50,273 nucleotides of DNA from contig CALXYG010000064.1 of NCBI GenBank assembly GCA_944392885.1, positions 1-50,273 of the forward strand, read 5' to 3'. A program made the position numbers and the translations under genes. The DNA comes from an uncultured Clostridia bacterium. Lineage in GTDB: Bacteria > Bacillota > Clostridia > TANB77 > CAG-508. The notes below the pieces were generated by a model. It was not told where the DNA came from. It saw nothing but the letters and a program-made list of their open reading frames with translations, and ran no database searches. The first letter of the stretch is position 1; every line of letters starts with the position of its first letter. Of the stretch, positions 12,737 to 22,755 are shown one piece after another.

Positions 12737-15025
12737 ATGCAAGTTATTAAAAGAGATGGAAGAGTAACAGAATTTAATCCAGAAAGAATTGTAAAAGCTG
12801 TGACATTGGCTATGGCACATACTGATGGTGGGATTGATATTGATTTAGCAAACAAAATAGCATCAGCAGTTGAAAAACAATTCGATGGAAAACTTCAAAC
12901 AACAGTCTATGATATTCAAGATGCAGTAGAAAAAAAGTTAATGGCATCTTCGAGAAAAGAAGTAGCACAAGAATATATCACATATCGTTATAATAGAGAT
13001 GTTGCAAGAAAATCTAGAACAAAAGATATGTTTTTAGAAATTATTGAAACAAAATCAAATGATATTACACGAGAAAATGCAAACATGAATGCTGACACAC
13101 CAGCAGGAATGATGATGAAGTTTGCAAGTGAAACAACCAAGCCATTTGTTGATGATTTTTTATTATCACCAGTTGCAAGAGAAGCACACACACATGGCTA
13201 TATACACATCCATGATAAAGATTATTATCCAACAAAATCACTTACTTGTTTGCAACATCCATTAAATAAAATTTTAAAAGACGGATTTAGAGCTGGACAT
13301 GGTTCTTCAAGACCAGCTAAACGTATAGAAACTGCAAGTATTATTGGATGTATCTCAATGGAAACTGTTCAAAATGAAATGCATGGAGGACAGGCTATTC
13401 CAGCATTTGACTATTATTTAGCTCCATATGTTAAACTAACATTCAAAGAGGAAATTAAGAAAATAGAAGATTTATTAGGCAAGGACTTATCTAAACTATA
13501 TGGTTATGAACCAGAAGACTATATAGTAAAATCCTTAGACGGATTAGATGATTCACAAAGGTATATTCAAGCAGCAATAAATGCTACTGTATGTAGAGTT
13601 CACCAAGCAATGGAAGCATTTATTCACAACATGAATACTATTCACTCCAGAGGCGGAAATCAGGTTGTATTTAGTTCTATTAACTATGGAACAGACACTT
13701 CGCCAGAGGGGAGATGTATTATTCGAGAATTATTGTTATCTACCGAAAGAGGAGTAGGAAATGGAGAGACACCAATATTTCCAATACAAATTTGGAAAAA
13801 GAAGAAAGGTGTTAACTATTTGCCAGAAGACCAAAATTATGATTTATATAAATTAGCTTGTAGAGTGACAGCAAAAAGGTTCTTCCCAAATTTTATCAAC
13901 TTAGATGCAACATTTAACAAGCATGAAAAATGGGACGCAAAAGATCCAAACCGTTACTATTATGAAACAGCAACTATGGGTTGTAGAACAAGAGTATTTA
14001 GTAACAGGCATGGAGAAAAAACATCAGTAGGAAGAGGAAACCTATCTTTTACAACTATAAATCTAGTAAGACTTGCGATTGAATCTTCCTATGAAGCACA
14101 AGAGAAAACTGGTTTAAAATTCGATTTAGGAAGAAACAGTGAAGAAAATATGACAGCAGAATATCGAAGGACCGTAAAGAAAATCTTTCTAAGGAAATTA
14201 GAAGAATATGAGGGAATTGTTGCAAAGCAATTATATGATAGATATCAATTCCAGTGTACGGCAGTTGCGAAGCAATTTCCACTTCTAATGTCAGGGTTAT
14301 GGCAAGATAGTGACAAATTAAAACCGAATGATTCTGTAGAAGCCGTATTAAAGCATGGAACATTGGGAATAGGATTTATTGGACTAGCAGAGTGTTTAAC
14401 TGTGCTTACAGGTAAGCATCATGGAGAATCAGATGAAGCTCAAAAGTTAGGAATAGAGATTATTAATTTTATGCACGATGAATGTGAGCATTATGCAGAA
14501 CGTTATGATTTAAATTATTCTATGCTTGCGACACCAGCAGAAGGGCTATCAGGAAGATTTACGAAGATAGACAAAAGAGAATTTGGAATTATTCCAGGAG
14601 TCACCGATAAAGAGTATTATACCAACAGTAATCATGTTCCAGTATGGTATAAATGCACAGCAGAACATAAAGCTAAAATCGAGGCACCATATCATGCACT
14701 TACAGAAGGAGGACATATTTTCTACATAGAATTAGACGGAGATGCAACACATAATCCAGAAAGTGTAGAAGCGGTTGTTGACCTTATGGATAAATATAAT
14801 ATGGGATATGGAAGTGTAAACCATACACGTTCAAGATGTATGGATTGTGGATTTGAAAATGCAGATGCTTCTTTAGAAAAGTGTCCAATGTGTGGAAGCA
14901 CAAATATTGATACTATTCAACGAATTACAGGTTATTTAGTTGGAACTACTTCACGTTGGAACAGAGGCAAGCTAGCAGAATTGCACGATAGAGTAACACA
15001 TGATGGGACTTGCAAAGGGGTATAG
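12737..15025 (+). CDS. nrdD: Anaerobic ribonucleoside-triphosphate reductase (class III)
   Basis: ATP-cone N-terminus (MQVIKRDGRVTEFNPERI), C-terminal zinc ribbon CMDCGF...CPMCGS and glycyl-radical motif RITGYLVG. Confidence 0.96.
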   Translation: MQVIKRDGRVTEFNPERIVKAVTLAMAHTDGGIDIDLANKIASAVEKQFDGKLQTTVYDIQDAVEKKLMASSRKEVAQEYITYRYNRDVARKSRTKDMFLEIIETKSNDITRENANMNADTPAGMMMKFASETTKPFVDDFLLSPVAREAHTHGYIHIHDKDYYPTKSLTCLQHPLNKILKDGFRAGHGSSRPAKRIETASIIGCISMETVQNEMHGGQAIPAFDYYLAPYVKLTFKEEIKKIEDLLGKDLSKLYGYEPEDYIVKSLDGLDDSQRYIQAAINATVCRVHQAMEAFIHNMNTIHSRGGNQVVFSSINYGTDTSPEGRCIIRELLLSTERGVGNGETPIFPIQIWKKKKGVNYLPEDQNYDLYKLACRVTAKRFFPNFINLDATFNKHEKWDAKDPNRYYYETATMGCRTRVFSNRHGEKTSVGRGNLSFTTINLVRLAIESSYEAQEKTGLKFDLGRNSEENMTAEYRRTVKKIFLRKLEEYEGIVAKQLYDRYQFQCTAVAKQFPLLMSGLWQDSDKLKPNDSVEAVLKHGTLGIGFIGLAECLTVLTGKHHGESDEAQKLGIEIINFMHDECEHYAERYDLNYSMLATPAEGLSGRFTKIDKREFGIIPGVTDKEYYTNSNHVPVWYKCTAEHKAKIEAPYHALTEGGHIFYIELDGDATHNPESVEAVVDLMDKYNMGYGSVNHTRSRCMDCGFENADASLEKCPMCGSTNIDTIQRITGYLVGTTSRWNRGKLAELHDRVTHDGTCKGV

Positions 15026-15056
15026 AAGTCAAATAAAACCTAGGGGGTAAAGAACT

Positions 15057-15560
15057 ATGAAGATGGCAGGATTTTATGATGAGAGCATTTCAAATGGATT
15101 AGGATGGAGGGCAGTTTTATTTGTAAGTGGTTGCCCACATCATTGCCCTGGATGTCACAACAAAGAAGCCCAGGATTTTAACTATGGAACAGAGTTTAAT
15201 AAGCAAGAAATTATTAAAAGAATTGAAGAAAACTCTATATTAAAGGGGATTACAATTAGTGGAGGAGAGCCACTATGCAAGGAAAATGTGACAGAAGTAG
15301 TGGAATTTATTAAAGATGTAAAAAAAGTAAGACCAAATTTTAACGTATGGTGCTATACTGGGTATACTATAGAAGAATTAATGGACAGAACAGATGAAGC
15401 TACAAAAAACGCATTAGAGGAAATTGATGTATTGGTAGATGGGAAATTTAAGGAAGAACAGAAAGATCCAAGACTAAAATTTAAAGGTTCAAAAAACCAG
15501 AGAATTATTGATGTAAAAATGTCTAGAAATATCCATAAAATAACAGAATTAGCAATTTAA
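15057..15560 (+). CDS. nrdG: Anaerobic ribonucleotide reductase activating protein (radical SAM)
   Basis: CPHHCPGC cluster motif, GITISGGEP, and its position directly after nrdD. Confidence 0.93.
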   Translation: MKMAGFYDESISNGLGWRAVLFVSGCPHHCPGCHNKEAQDFNYGTEFNKQEIIKRIEENSILKGITISGGEPLCKENVTEVVEFIKDVKKVRPNFNVWCYTGYTIEELMDRTDEATKNALEEIDVLVDGKFKEEQKDPRLKFKGSKNQRIIDVKMSRNIHKITELAI

Positions 15561-15570
15561 ATAATAAAAG

Positions 15571-15601
15571 CCAGGCAAGCATATTAGTTTGTCTGGTTTT
15601 T
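15571..15601 (+). terminator. Intrinsic terminator after nrdG
   Basis: 10-bp stem ccaggcaagc/gtttgtctgg (2 G-U pairs) followed by TTTTT. Confidence 0.6.
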
Positions 15602-15629
15602 ATGTTTAATCATATTCAAGGAGGAAAAA

Positions 15630-16571
15630 ATGCAAGAAATAAAAATTTTCGCATGTCCAACGGCAAAAAAATTCACAGAAGAAGTTTGTGAAAGCCTACA
15701 ATTACCAGTAGGTAAATTAGAGTTTATGAAATTTAAGAATGATAATACATTTGCTCAATATAAAGAAACAGTAAGGGAACAAGATATTTACATTGTACAA
15801 ACAACTGAGCCACCAGTAAATGAGCGAGTTATGGAGTTATTAATTGCAATTGATGCGGCAAAACGTGCATCAGCAAGGAAAATAAATGTTGTGCTACCAT
15901 ATTATTTATATTCAAGATCAGACAAAAAAGATCAGCCACGTATACCTATAACAGCAAAATTAATGGCACAAATTTTAGAGGCTGCAGGTGCTAGCAGGGT
16001 TATAACATGTGATTTACACAATTCAGCAATACAAGCATATTTTAATGTTCCCTGTGATAGATTAACTGCAAAGTATTTGTTAGCCGCATATTTTAAAAAT
16101 AAACAATTAGATAATATAGTAATTGTTGCAACAGATGCTGGAAGTGCAAAAAAAGCATATAAGTATTCACATTTTTTTAATTGTCCAATTGCCTTAATTG
16201 ATAAGAGAAGAAATGGAAATGATGATAATGCAATAGCAAGCAGTGTTATAGGAGATGTGGCAGGAAAGAATGCTCTTATCTTCGACGATGAAGTTTCTAC
16301 GGCAGGTACATTAATCGAAGCTGCACATATAATAAAAAAATTTGGTGCCAAAAAAATTTATGCTGGATGCACACATGGAATATTGTGTGGACCAGCTATT
16401 GAGAGGATAAAAAATTCTGATATTACAGAACTAGTTATTACCAATACAGTACCACTCCAGAAAGACAAACAAATAGACAAGATTAAAGTTGTATCAATAG
16501 CACCTCTATTTGCTGAAGCAATCAAGAGAATCAATGAAGCAAAGCCTTTGGGTGATTTATTTGATTTATAG
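15630..16571 (+). CDS. prs: Ribose-phosphate pyrophosphokinase
   Basis: ITCDLHNSAIQAYF and PRPP-binding loop LIFDDEVSTAGT. RBS aaggagg. Confidence 0.95.
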   Translation: MQEIKIFACPTAKKFTEEVCESLQLPVGKLEFMKFKNDNTFAQYKETVREQDIYIVQTTEPPVNERVMELLIAIDAAKRASARKINVVLPYYLYSRSDKKDQPRIPITAKLMAQILEAAGASRVITCDLHNSAIQAYFNVPCDRLTAKYLLAAYFKNKQLDNIVIVATDAGSAKKAYKYSHFFNCPIALIDKRRNGNDDNAIASSVIGDVAGKNALIFDDEVSTAGTLIEAAHIIKKFGAKKIYAGCTHGILCGPAIERIKNSDITELVITNTVPLQKDKQIDKIKVVSIAPLFAEAIKRINEAKPLGDLFDL

Positions 16572-16668
16572 CAGAGATTGCTTAATGTCATAACATTATA
16601 AGATAACGAATAAATTATAATATTTTTATTATATAATCCAAAGCCTAGCTGAAATTTTCAGATAGGTA

Positions 16669-16698
16669 TTGACAATTAAAGGTAATCTAAGGTATAAT
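16669..16698 (+). promoter_or_regulatory. Sigma-A type promoter for rpsU
   Basis: TTGACA (16669-16674), 18-nt spacer, TATAAT (16693-16698). The track ORF start at 16669 is this -35 box. Confidence 0.65.
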
Positions 16699-16770
16699 AG
16701 CAAGGTCAAAAGCATTTCGAAGGAAAAAAGTCCCACAAGATGGTTTGGAACTTCGGAAGGAGGGGAAACA

Positions 16771-16941
16771 ATGTCAGAGGTTAAAGTAAATAATGGAAAT
16801 ATAGAAGATGCTTTAAAAAGGTTCAAAAGACAATGTGCTAGAAATGGCGTATTGCAGGAAGTTAGAAAAAGAGAGCATTATGAAAAGCCTAGTGTGAAAA
16901 GAAAGAAAAAATCAGAGGCTGCAAGAAAAAGAAAATTTTAA
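16771..16941 (+). CDS. rpsU: 30S ribosomal protein S21
   Basis: [50 protein letters not shown] 16771 follows ggaaggagggg. Confidence 0.95.
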   Translation: MSEVKVNNGNIEDALKRFKRQCARNGVLQEVRKREHYEKPSVKRKKKSEAARKRKF

Positions 16942-16952
16942 GAAACATACAT

Positions 16953-16986
16953 AAAGACATGAAAGAAAATCTTTTATGTCTTTTTT
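16953..16986 (+). terminator. Intrinsic terminator after rpsU
   Basis: Stem of about 14 bp, aaagacatgaaag/cttttatgtcttt, followed by a T-run. Confidence 0.7.
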
Positions 16987-17194
16987 GTTGAAATATAGTA
17001 TCATCAATACAATTAAAGAAATATATAAAAACAATAAAAGTGTAATTTTGATATATTATTGAAACAAGTAGTAAAAAGATATAATTATGGGAAAAACTTG
17101 TTTATTATTTATTCTATATAAAAGAAACTATTGAATAAAAAGTGTAAAATAATATATAATAAAATAAGGGAAAAACATAGAAAGAGGAGATATA

Positions 17195-18469
17195 ATGAGA
17201 TTAGAAAGTAAAGAAATTGTAGAAGGTTTAAAGCTACATCCAATTAAAACAGATAAATTTAAAACCGATTTAGTAGCTGTTTTTCTAAGTATTCCATTAG
17301 AAAAAGAAACAGTTACAATAGATTGTTTAATTCCGGCTGTATTAAGGAGGGGGACAGAGAAATATAAAACACAAGAGGAAATTAGTATAAAACTAGAAGA
17401 AATGTATGGAACAACATTTGATTGCGGAATTGAAAAAACAGGAGACAACCATGTTATTAAATTTTATACAGAATCAATTAATGACTTGTTTTTGCCAAAA
17501 CAAGAAAATATTTTAGAAAAGCAAATAGAGGTATTGTTTGAAATTATATTTAATCCTTTAGTAAAAAACGGCATTTTTTTAGAAGAGTATGTGCAAAACG
17601 AGAAAGAAAATATTAGGCAGAAGATAAGGAGTAAAATTGATAATCGAGAATTATATGCACAAGATAAATGTATAGAAGTAATGTATGAAGGTAAACCATA
17701 CTCTTTATATAAATATGGTAATGAAGAAGATTTAAATCATATTACCAGTAAAAAACTGTATGATAGATATACAGAAATTTTACAAAATGCAAAAATTGAT
17801 ATTTTTGTATCAGGAAATATAGATAGCAAAAAAATATATGATACAATAAAACAATATGTAAGTATTTATAATATAAAACCACATAAACCACAATATGTTA
17901 TTAATAATGAGGAAACAGAACAAAAGGAGGCAGTAAAAGAAAAAAACATTCAAGAAGCTTTAGATATAGCACAAGGAAAATTAATACTAGGGCTAGACAT
18001 TTTAGAAAACAGAAGAAATGCGAGGTTTGCTATTAGTCTGTATAATGTGATTTTGGGAGAAAGTGCAACTTCCAAATTATTTCAAAATGTAAGAGAAAAA
18101 GCAAGTTTAGCCTATTCGGCAAGGTCAACCTATACAAGGCAAAAAAATAATATCTTTGTTAAATGCGGGATTGAAATAGAAAACTATGAAAGAGCATTAA
18201 AAATTATTCGAGAACAATTAGAAGATATGAAAAAAGGAAATTTTACAGAAGAAGATATAGAAAATGCAAAAAAATATATGTTAAATGGAATAAAAGCAGT
18301 TGAAGAAGAACAAGATACTGAGATTACGTATTATATGGGACAAGAGTTATCAGGGTTAAGCACTAGTTTAGTAGAATATCAGGAGGAAATTAAAAAGATT
18401 ACAAAAAAAGAAATTGTAGATATAGCAAATAAAATTCAAATTAATACAATTTATTTTCTAAAAAACTAA
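17195..18469 (+). CDS. M16-family peptidase-like protein, non-catalytic partner (YmfF-like)
   Basis: M16 fold length and C-terminal domain pattern, but no HxxEH motif. Paired with the next gene. Confidence 0.75.
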   Translation: MRLESKEIVEGLKLHPIKTDKFKTDLVAVFLSIPLEKETVTIDCLIPAVLRRGTEKYKTQEEISIKLEEMYGTTFDCGIEKTGDNHVIKFYTESINDLFLPKQENILEKQIEVLFEIIFNPLVKNGIFLEEYVQNEKENIRQKIRSKIDNRELYAQDKCIEVMYEGKPYSLYKYGNEEDLNHITSKKLYDRYTEILQNAKIDIFVSGNIDSKKIYDTIKQYVSIYNIKPHKPQYVINNEETEQKEAVKEKNIQEALDIAQGKLILGLDILENRRNARFAISLYNVILGESATSKLFQNVREKASLAYSARSTYTRQKNNIFVKCGIEIENYERALKIIREQLEDMKKGNFTEEDIENAKKYMLNGIKAVEEEQDTEITYYMGQELSGLSTSLVEYQEEIKKITKKEIVDIANKIQINTIYFLKN

Positions 18470-18508
18470 AATTTAAAGAAGAATTCAATAAAACGAAAGG
18501 GGAAACTT

Positions 18509-19778
18509 ATGCAAGTAATAGAGAACAGTAAAGTAAAAGAAAAAGTTTATATTGAAAAGTTAGAAAATGGAATGACTGTTATGTGTATTCCCAAACAACA
18601 AACTAATAAAAAATATATCATTTGGGGAATTCATTACGGCTCTATTGACAATAAATTTGTTATACCAGGACAAACTAAAATTACAGAAGTGCCAAATGGG
18701 GTGGCACATTTCCTAGAACATAAGATGTTCGAACAGGAAAATGGCACAAATAGTTTAGACGTATTGACTGCACTAGGAGTTGAAGCAAATGCATATACAA
18801 CAAATGACCATACAGCCTATTTATTTGAGTGCACAGATAATTTTTATGAGGCACTTGACGAACTTATGGACTATGTACAACACCCATATTTTACAGATGA
18901 AAATGTAAAAAAAGAAAAAGGAATTATTGGGCAAGAGATTCGCATGTATGAAGACTATCCAGAATGGAGAGTATATTTAAATGCATTAAATAGCTTATAT
19001 CAAAATCACCCAATTAAAATTGACATAACAGGTACAATTGAAACAATTAGTCAAATTACCAAAGAAACACTTTTTAATTGTTATAAAACATTTTATCATC
19101 CATCTAATACCACAATGGTAGTTTGTGGCGACTTTGAACCTAATATGATTATAGAAGAAATAAAAAAGAGAATTATTCCAAGAGAAAAGCAAGCTGAAAT
19201 TAAACGTATTTCAACAGATGAACCTGAAGATATTGCAAAAAAAGAAACTATTAAAAAAATGGAAGTAAGTACATCAGTTTTTGTTATTGGCTATAAAGAT
19301 ATCAAACCATCAAAGGATATTATAAAAAAACATATAGCAATTGAGATTTTACTTCGGGATGCTAATTGGAAAAAGCTCAAAGCTGTATCAAAAATTATAT
19401 GAGGCGGGGTTGTTAAAACAAGAACTAGAACTAGATTACGAATTTTCAAAAGAATATGCTCATGTTATGATTAGTGGACAATCTAAAAATCCAAAAGAAG
19501 TGGAACAGGCATTAAAGCAGGAGATTCAGAGAATAAAAGAACAAGGAATAAAAAAAGAAGAATTTGAAAGAAATAAAAAGAAAATATATGGAGAATATAT
19601 TAAAGAATATAATGATGTAGCAGAAATAGCGCGTATGTTTTTGGCAGATTATTTTAAAGGGATTAATAGTTTTGAATATTTAGAAGAATATGAGACTGTA
19701 AGTAAAGAATATGCACAACAAGTGTTAAATGAAGTATTTAAAGAAGAAAAAGAAATTATATCCATTGTGGAAAAATAG
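18509..19778 (+). CDS. M16-family zinc peptidase (YmfH-like), in two frames joined at an in-frame CGG (C at 19355)
   Basis: HFLEH zinc motif. ORFs 18509-19402 and 19341-19778 join when C19355 is skipped (tta ctt C ggg atg cta = ILL-G-MLIGKSSKLYQKLYEAGLL). Confidence 0.85.
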
Positions 19779-19898
19779 TTTCTTAAGAGACAATATGAAT
19801 TTTATGGGATATTTTAAACAAAAGTTATATGCCACCGAAAAAGTAAAACAAGAGTTAAAAAACAAAATATTAGCTTGAAAGAAGCGGAGGTTAAGAAA

Positions 19899-20718
19899 GT
19901 GAATAAAATTATTTTTCCGGGACTAGGCATAGAATTAAACATTTCAAAAATAGCATTTACCATATTAGGAAAAAGCATAACATGGTATGCTATTTTTATT
20001 GTAATTGCTATATCTCTAGCTATTTTTATTTACAAAAAACAAGATAAATTATATGACATATTGTTTAAGGATGTATCAGACTTAATTTTATATATAATAC
20101 CGGTGGCGTTTGTTGGAGCAAGGCTTTATTATGTTATATTCAACCTTGATTATTTCGCACAAAACCCGATACAGATTTTTTTCATTTGGCAAGGTGGACT
20201 AGCGATTTATGGTGGTATTATATTTGGATCCATTACTTGTTATTTATTTGCAAGAAAAAGAAAAATTAATTTTTTAAATTTATTAGATTATTTGGTACCA
20301 GCATTAGCATTACGGACAAGCTATTGGAAGATGGGGGAATTTTATAAATATAGAAGCTTATGGTATAGAAAGCACTGGAATATTAAGAATGGGAATTTGG
20401 AAACATGGTATATACAAAGAAGTACACCCTACATTTTTATATGAATCTATGGTTATGTTAGCATTATTCATATTTTTACTTTTTTACCAAAAAAAGAGAA
20501 AATTTAGAGGGGAAATCACATATATTTATTTAAGTGTGTATTCTTTAACAAGAATTATTGTAGAAGGGTTAAGAATCGACAGCTTAATGTTAGGAAATTA
20601 CAGAATTTCACAAATTTTATCTATTGCAATTTTTGTTGTGTTTTCCATAATTTTGACGAAAAAGAAGAAAGAAAAGGTAAAAAAACAGCAAGTACACATA
20701 AAATGTGGAAAACTGTAG
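19899..20718 (+). CDS. lgt: Prolipoprotein diacylglyceryl transferase, in two frames joined at an in-frame CGG (C at 20313)
   Basis: GTG 19899 lies 8 nt after GGAGG. Skipping C20313 (gca tta C gga caa gct att gga aga tgg ggg aat ttt) restores the Lgt signature LALGQAIGRWGNF, followed by HPTFLYES. Confidence 0.9.
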
Positions 20719-20822
20719 CACGAAAGTAAAGAAAAATGTTGTGTTTTTATTGACTAAGCTGTAAAAATATGGTATTTTACAAATATACAAAAGAAAAAAT
20801 AGTGAAAAGGAGAGAAGTAGTT

Positions 20823-21011
20823 ATGATAAATGACGAAATTTGCAGGCTACGAGAAGAGCTAAACAAAAGCATAGAAGAAGGTGAGGACTACAACATAGTA
20901 TATAAAATAAGTATTGAATTAGATGAACTAATTGCAAAGTACTACCAAGAAGCTAGTAAGAAACATAAGAAAAAACCAAAAAAGATGTATACATTACTAA
21001 GTGTTATGTAG
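20823..21011 (+). CDS. Spo0E-family aspartyl-phosphate phosphatase
   Basis: 62-aa helical protein with the Spo0E signature S-x-x-L-D-x-L-I (ISIELDELIAKYY). ATG 20823 follows aaaggagag. Confidence 0.7.
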   Translation: MINDEICRLREELNKSIEEGEDYNIVYKISIELDELIAKYYQEASKKHKKKPKKMYTLLSVM

Positions 21012-21028
21012 ATAAAAAAGAGAAAAAA

Positions 21029-21074
21029 GTAACATTTTTTTCGCCTTTGCGTCAAAAAATGTTGCTTTTTTTTT
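21029..21074 (+). terminator. Intrinsic terminator after the spo0E-like gene
   Basis: 12-bp stem gtaacatttttt/aaaaaatgttgc followed by a T9 run. Confidence 0.6.
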
Positions 21075-21144
21075 ATGAATGTATTATAATAAAGAAAATA
21101 AAGGTAAAAAAGACAGCTTAATTAAATAAAAGGAGGATTTTATT

Positions 21145-21552
21145 ATGTCAAAGAAAATGGTAAAAGGATTGTCTATTTTATTAATGGCTTTTGTTATGGT
21201 AGCAGTGATAACAAGCCCAGTATTTGCAAATAACACAGAGATAACAGAGTCAGGTGGAAGTAGTTTTACAAAATCAGTAGACAACGCGCTATCAATAGCG
21301 TTAACAGTTGCCCAAAGTATTGGCATTACTGTAGCAGTTATTTTATTAATTGTTGTTGCAATCAAATATATGTCAGCAGCGCCAAATGACAAAGCAGAAA
21401 TAAAAAAACACATGGTTGTATATGTAATAGGAGCGGTTTTATTACTTTGTGCAACAGGAGTTTTACAACTTATTAAAACCTTAGGTAATGACATTATTGG
21501 TGAAGGTGATAGTGGATTAAACGGACTAAAACCTAATATAACAATACAATAA
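21145..21552 (+). CDS. VirB2/TrbC-like pilin paralogue 1
   Basis: Signal peptide (..SPVFA|NN) and a variable segment. Then TM1, the loop IKYMSAAPNDKAEIKKH, and TM2. Architecture and loop are shared with the next three small genes. RBS aaaggagg. Confidence 0.65.
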   Translation: MSKKMVKGLSILLMAFVMVAVITSPVFANNTEITESGGSSFTKSVDNALSIALTVAQSIGITVAVILLIVVAIKYMSAAPNDKAEIKKHMVVYVIGAVLLLCATGVLQLIKTLGNDIIGEGDSGLNGLKPNITIQ

Positions 21553-21560
21553 AAAGCTAA

Positions 21561-21593
21561 AAAGTGCCTAGCTTTTCGCTAAGCACTTTTTTT
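21561..21593 (+). terminator. Intrinsic terminator after pilin paralogue 1
   Basis: Stem aaagtgcctagc/gctaagcacttt (one mismatch) followed by T7. Confidence 0.7.
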
Positions 21594-21756
21594 AAACTAT
21601 AGAAAATCGCATTTCCTATAATTAAAAAAGGATTATTACACAGAAAATCTTTTTATTTCTTCGATAACTTAGATATATATATTTTAATTAAATGGGTAGA
21701 GGAAAAATCTCAAAGAAGCGTGATTTGTATGTAATGTAACAAAGGAGGGAAAGAGT

Positions 21757-22116
21757 ATGAAGAAAAAAATAATGATAACAATTTTGGTAATTGGTATATT
21801 ATTAAATATTTTAATAATCCCTGTAAATGCCAAAATGGATATTAATGATATAACTAAGCCTCCTGCAGTTGATCCAACAGTAACTGAGTCAATAAATTTT
21901 ATATGGAATAATATTTCAACAGTAATTTCTATAGTAGGTGTAGGAATAGCAAGTATTATGTTGATTGTAGTTGCCATAAAATATATGTTAGCTGCTCCAG
22001 GCGAAAAGGCTCAATTGAAGCAGCATTTACTAGTTTATGTAATAGGAGCATTTTTTATTTTTTGTTGTGTGGGAATTGTAAATTTGATAAAAACACTTGT
22101 AGAACAAATTTTTTAA
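21757..22116 (+). CDS. VirB2/TrbC-like pilin paralogue 2
   Basis: Signal peptide (PVNA|K), TM1, loop IKYMLAAPGEKAQLKQH, TM2. RBS aaaggaggg. Confidence 0.65.
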   Translation: MKKKIMITILVIGILLNILIIPVNAKMDINDITKPPAVDPTVTESINFIWNNISTVISIVGVGIASIMLIVVAIKYMLAAPGEKAQLKQHLLVYVIGAFFIFCCVGIVNLIKTLVEQIF

Positions 22117-22181
22117 CTGCAAGACCATAAAATGCAAATTTAATTTAGCTTTATGTTTTATAAGAAAAGAGGAGAAGAACG

Positions 22182-22523
22182 ATGAGAAAAATAACAAAAA
22201 TATTTTTTTTAAGTGTATTTTTAATAATAATAACATTTCCATCTCTTGCGGCAGATATTGTTAATCAAATAAGCCCACCTAGAATAGATACCGATTTATC
22301 GAATGTTATAACGGGATTTATTGGAATTATACAAATTATAGGAACGATGGTTGCAGTAGCGGCAAGTGTTTGGCTAGGTATTCGATATGTAACATCTAGT
22401 GTAGAAGAAAAAGCAGAAATAAAAAAGAAATTAATTCCTTTTGTAATAGGAGTTATAATATTTTATGGTGCAACCGGAATTATACAAATTATTGCAGAAA
22501 TGGCATCATGGATAAAATATTAA
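22182..22523 (+). CDS. VirB2/TrbC-like pilin paralogue 3
   Basis: Signal peptide (PSLA|A), TM1, loop IRYVTSSVEEKAEIKKK, TM2. RBS aagaggag. Confidence 0.6.
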   Translation: MRKITKIFFLSVFLIIITFPSLAADIVNQISPPRIDTDLSNVITGFIGIIQIIGTMVAVAASVWLGIRYVTSSVEEKAEIKKKLIPFVIGVIIFYGATGIIQIIAEMASWIKY

Positions 22524-22541
22524 AATAGTATAAAAACGAAT

Positions 22542-22583
22542 AGTAATCATCCCACGGCTAAGCCGTGGGATGATTACTATTTG
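22542..22583 (+). terminator. Hairpin or terminator after pilin paralogue 3
   Basis: Perfect 16-bp stem agtaatcatcccacgg/ccgtgggatgattact with a 5-nt loop. The T-tail is short. Confidence 0.55.
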
Positions 22584-22668
22584 CAATACGATTTAATGGA
22601 CGATTTAAAATATAAATATTACATTTTTATGACATTTTGAATTTAGGTTGGATATTTGCGAAAAAATG

Positions 22669-22697
22669 TTGAAAAAAGAACAGAAAAACGATATAAT
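22669..22697 (+). promoter_or_regulatory. Sigma-A type promoter for the long T4SS-like operon
   Basis: TTGAAA (22669-22674), 17-nt spacer, TATAAT (22692-22697). Confidence 0.6.
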
Positions 22698-22755
22698 GAT
22701 ATTAATTATAATTATGATTAATTAATGGGAATGATGCCGAAAATGAGGTGATTTT

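Noticed and set aside
12322-12820. Four overlapping minus-strand ORFs (60-72 aa) in the ftsH-nrdD intergenic region.
   Set aside because: The region is almost pure A+T. The ORFs overlap each other in different frames, encode F/I/Y/K-rich strings, lack an SD, and overlap the nrdD promoter.
21084-21977. Minus-strand ORFs 21084-21494 and 21684-21977, opposite the pilin genes.
   Set aside because: They are mirror images of the hydrophobic pilin ORFs. The + strand genes have an SD, a signal peptide and paralogue conservation. The minus-strand ones have none of these.
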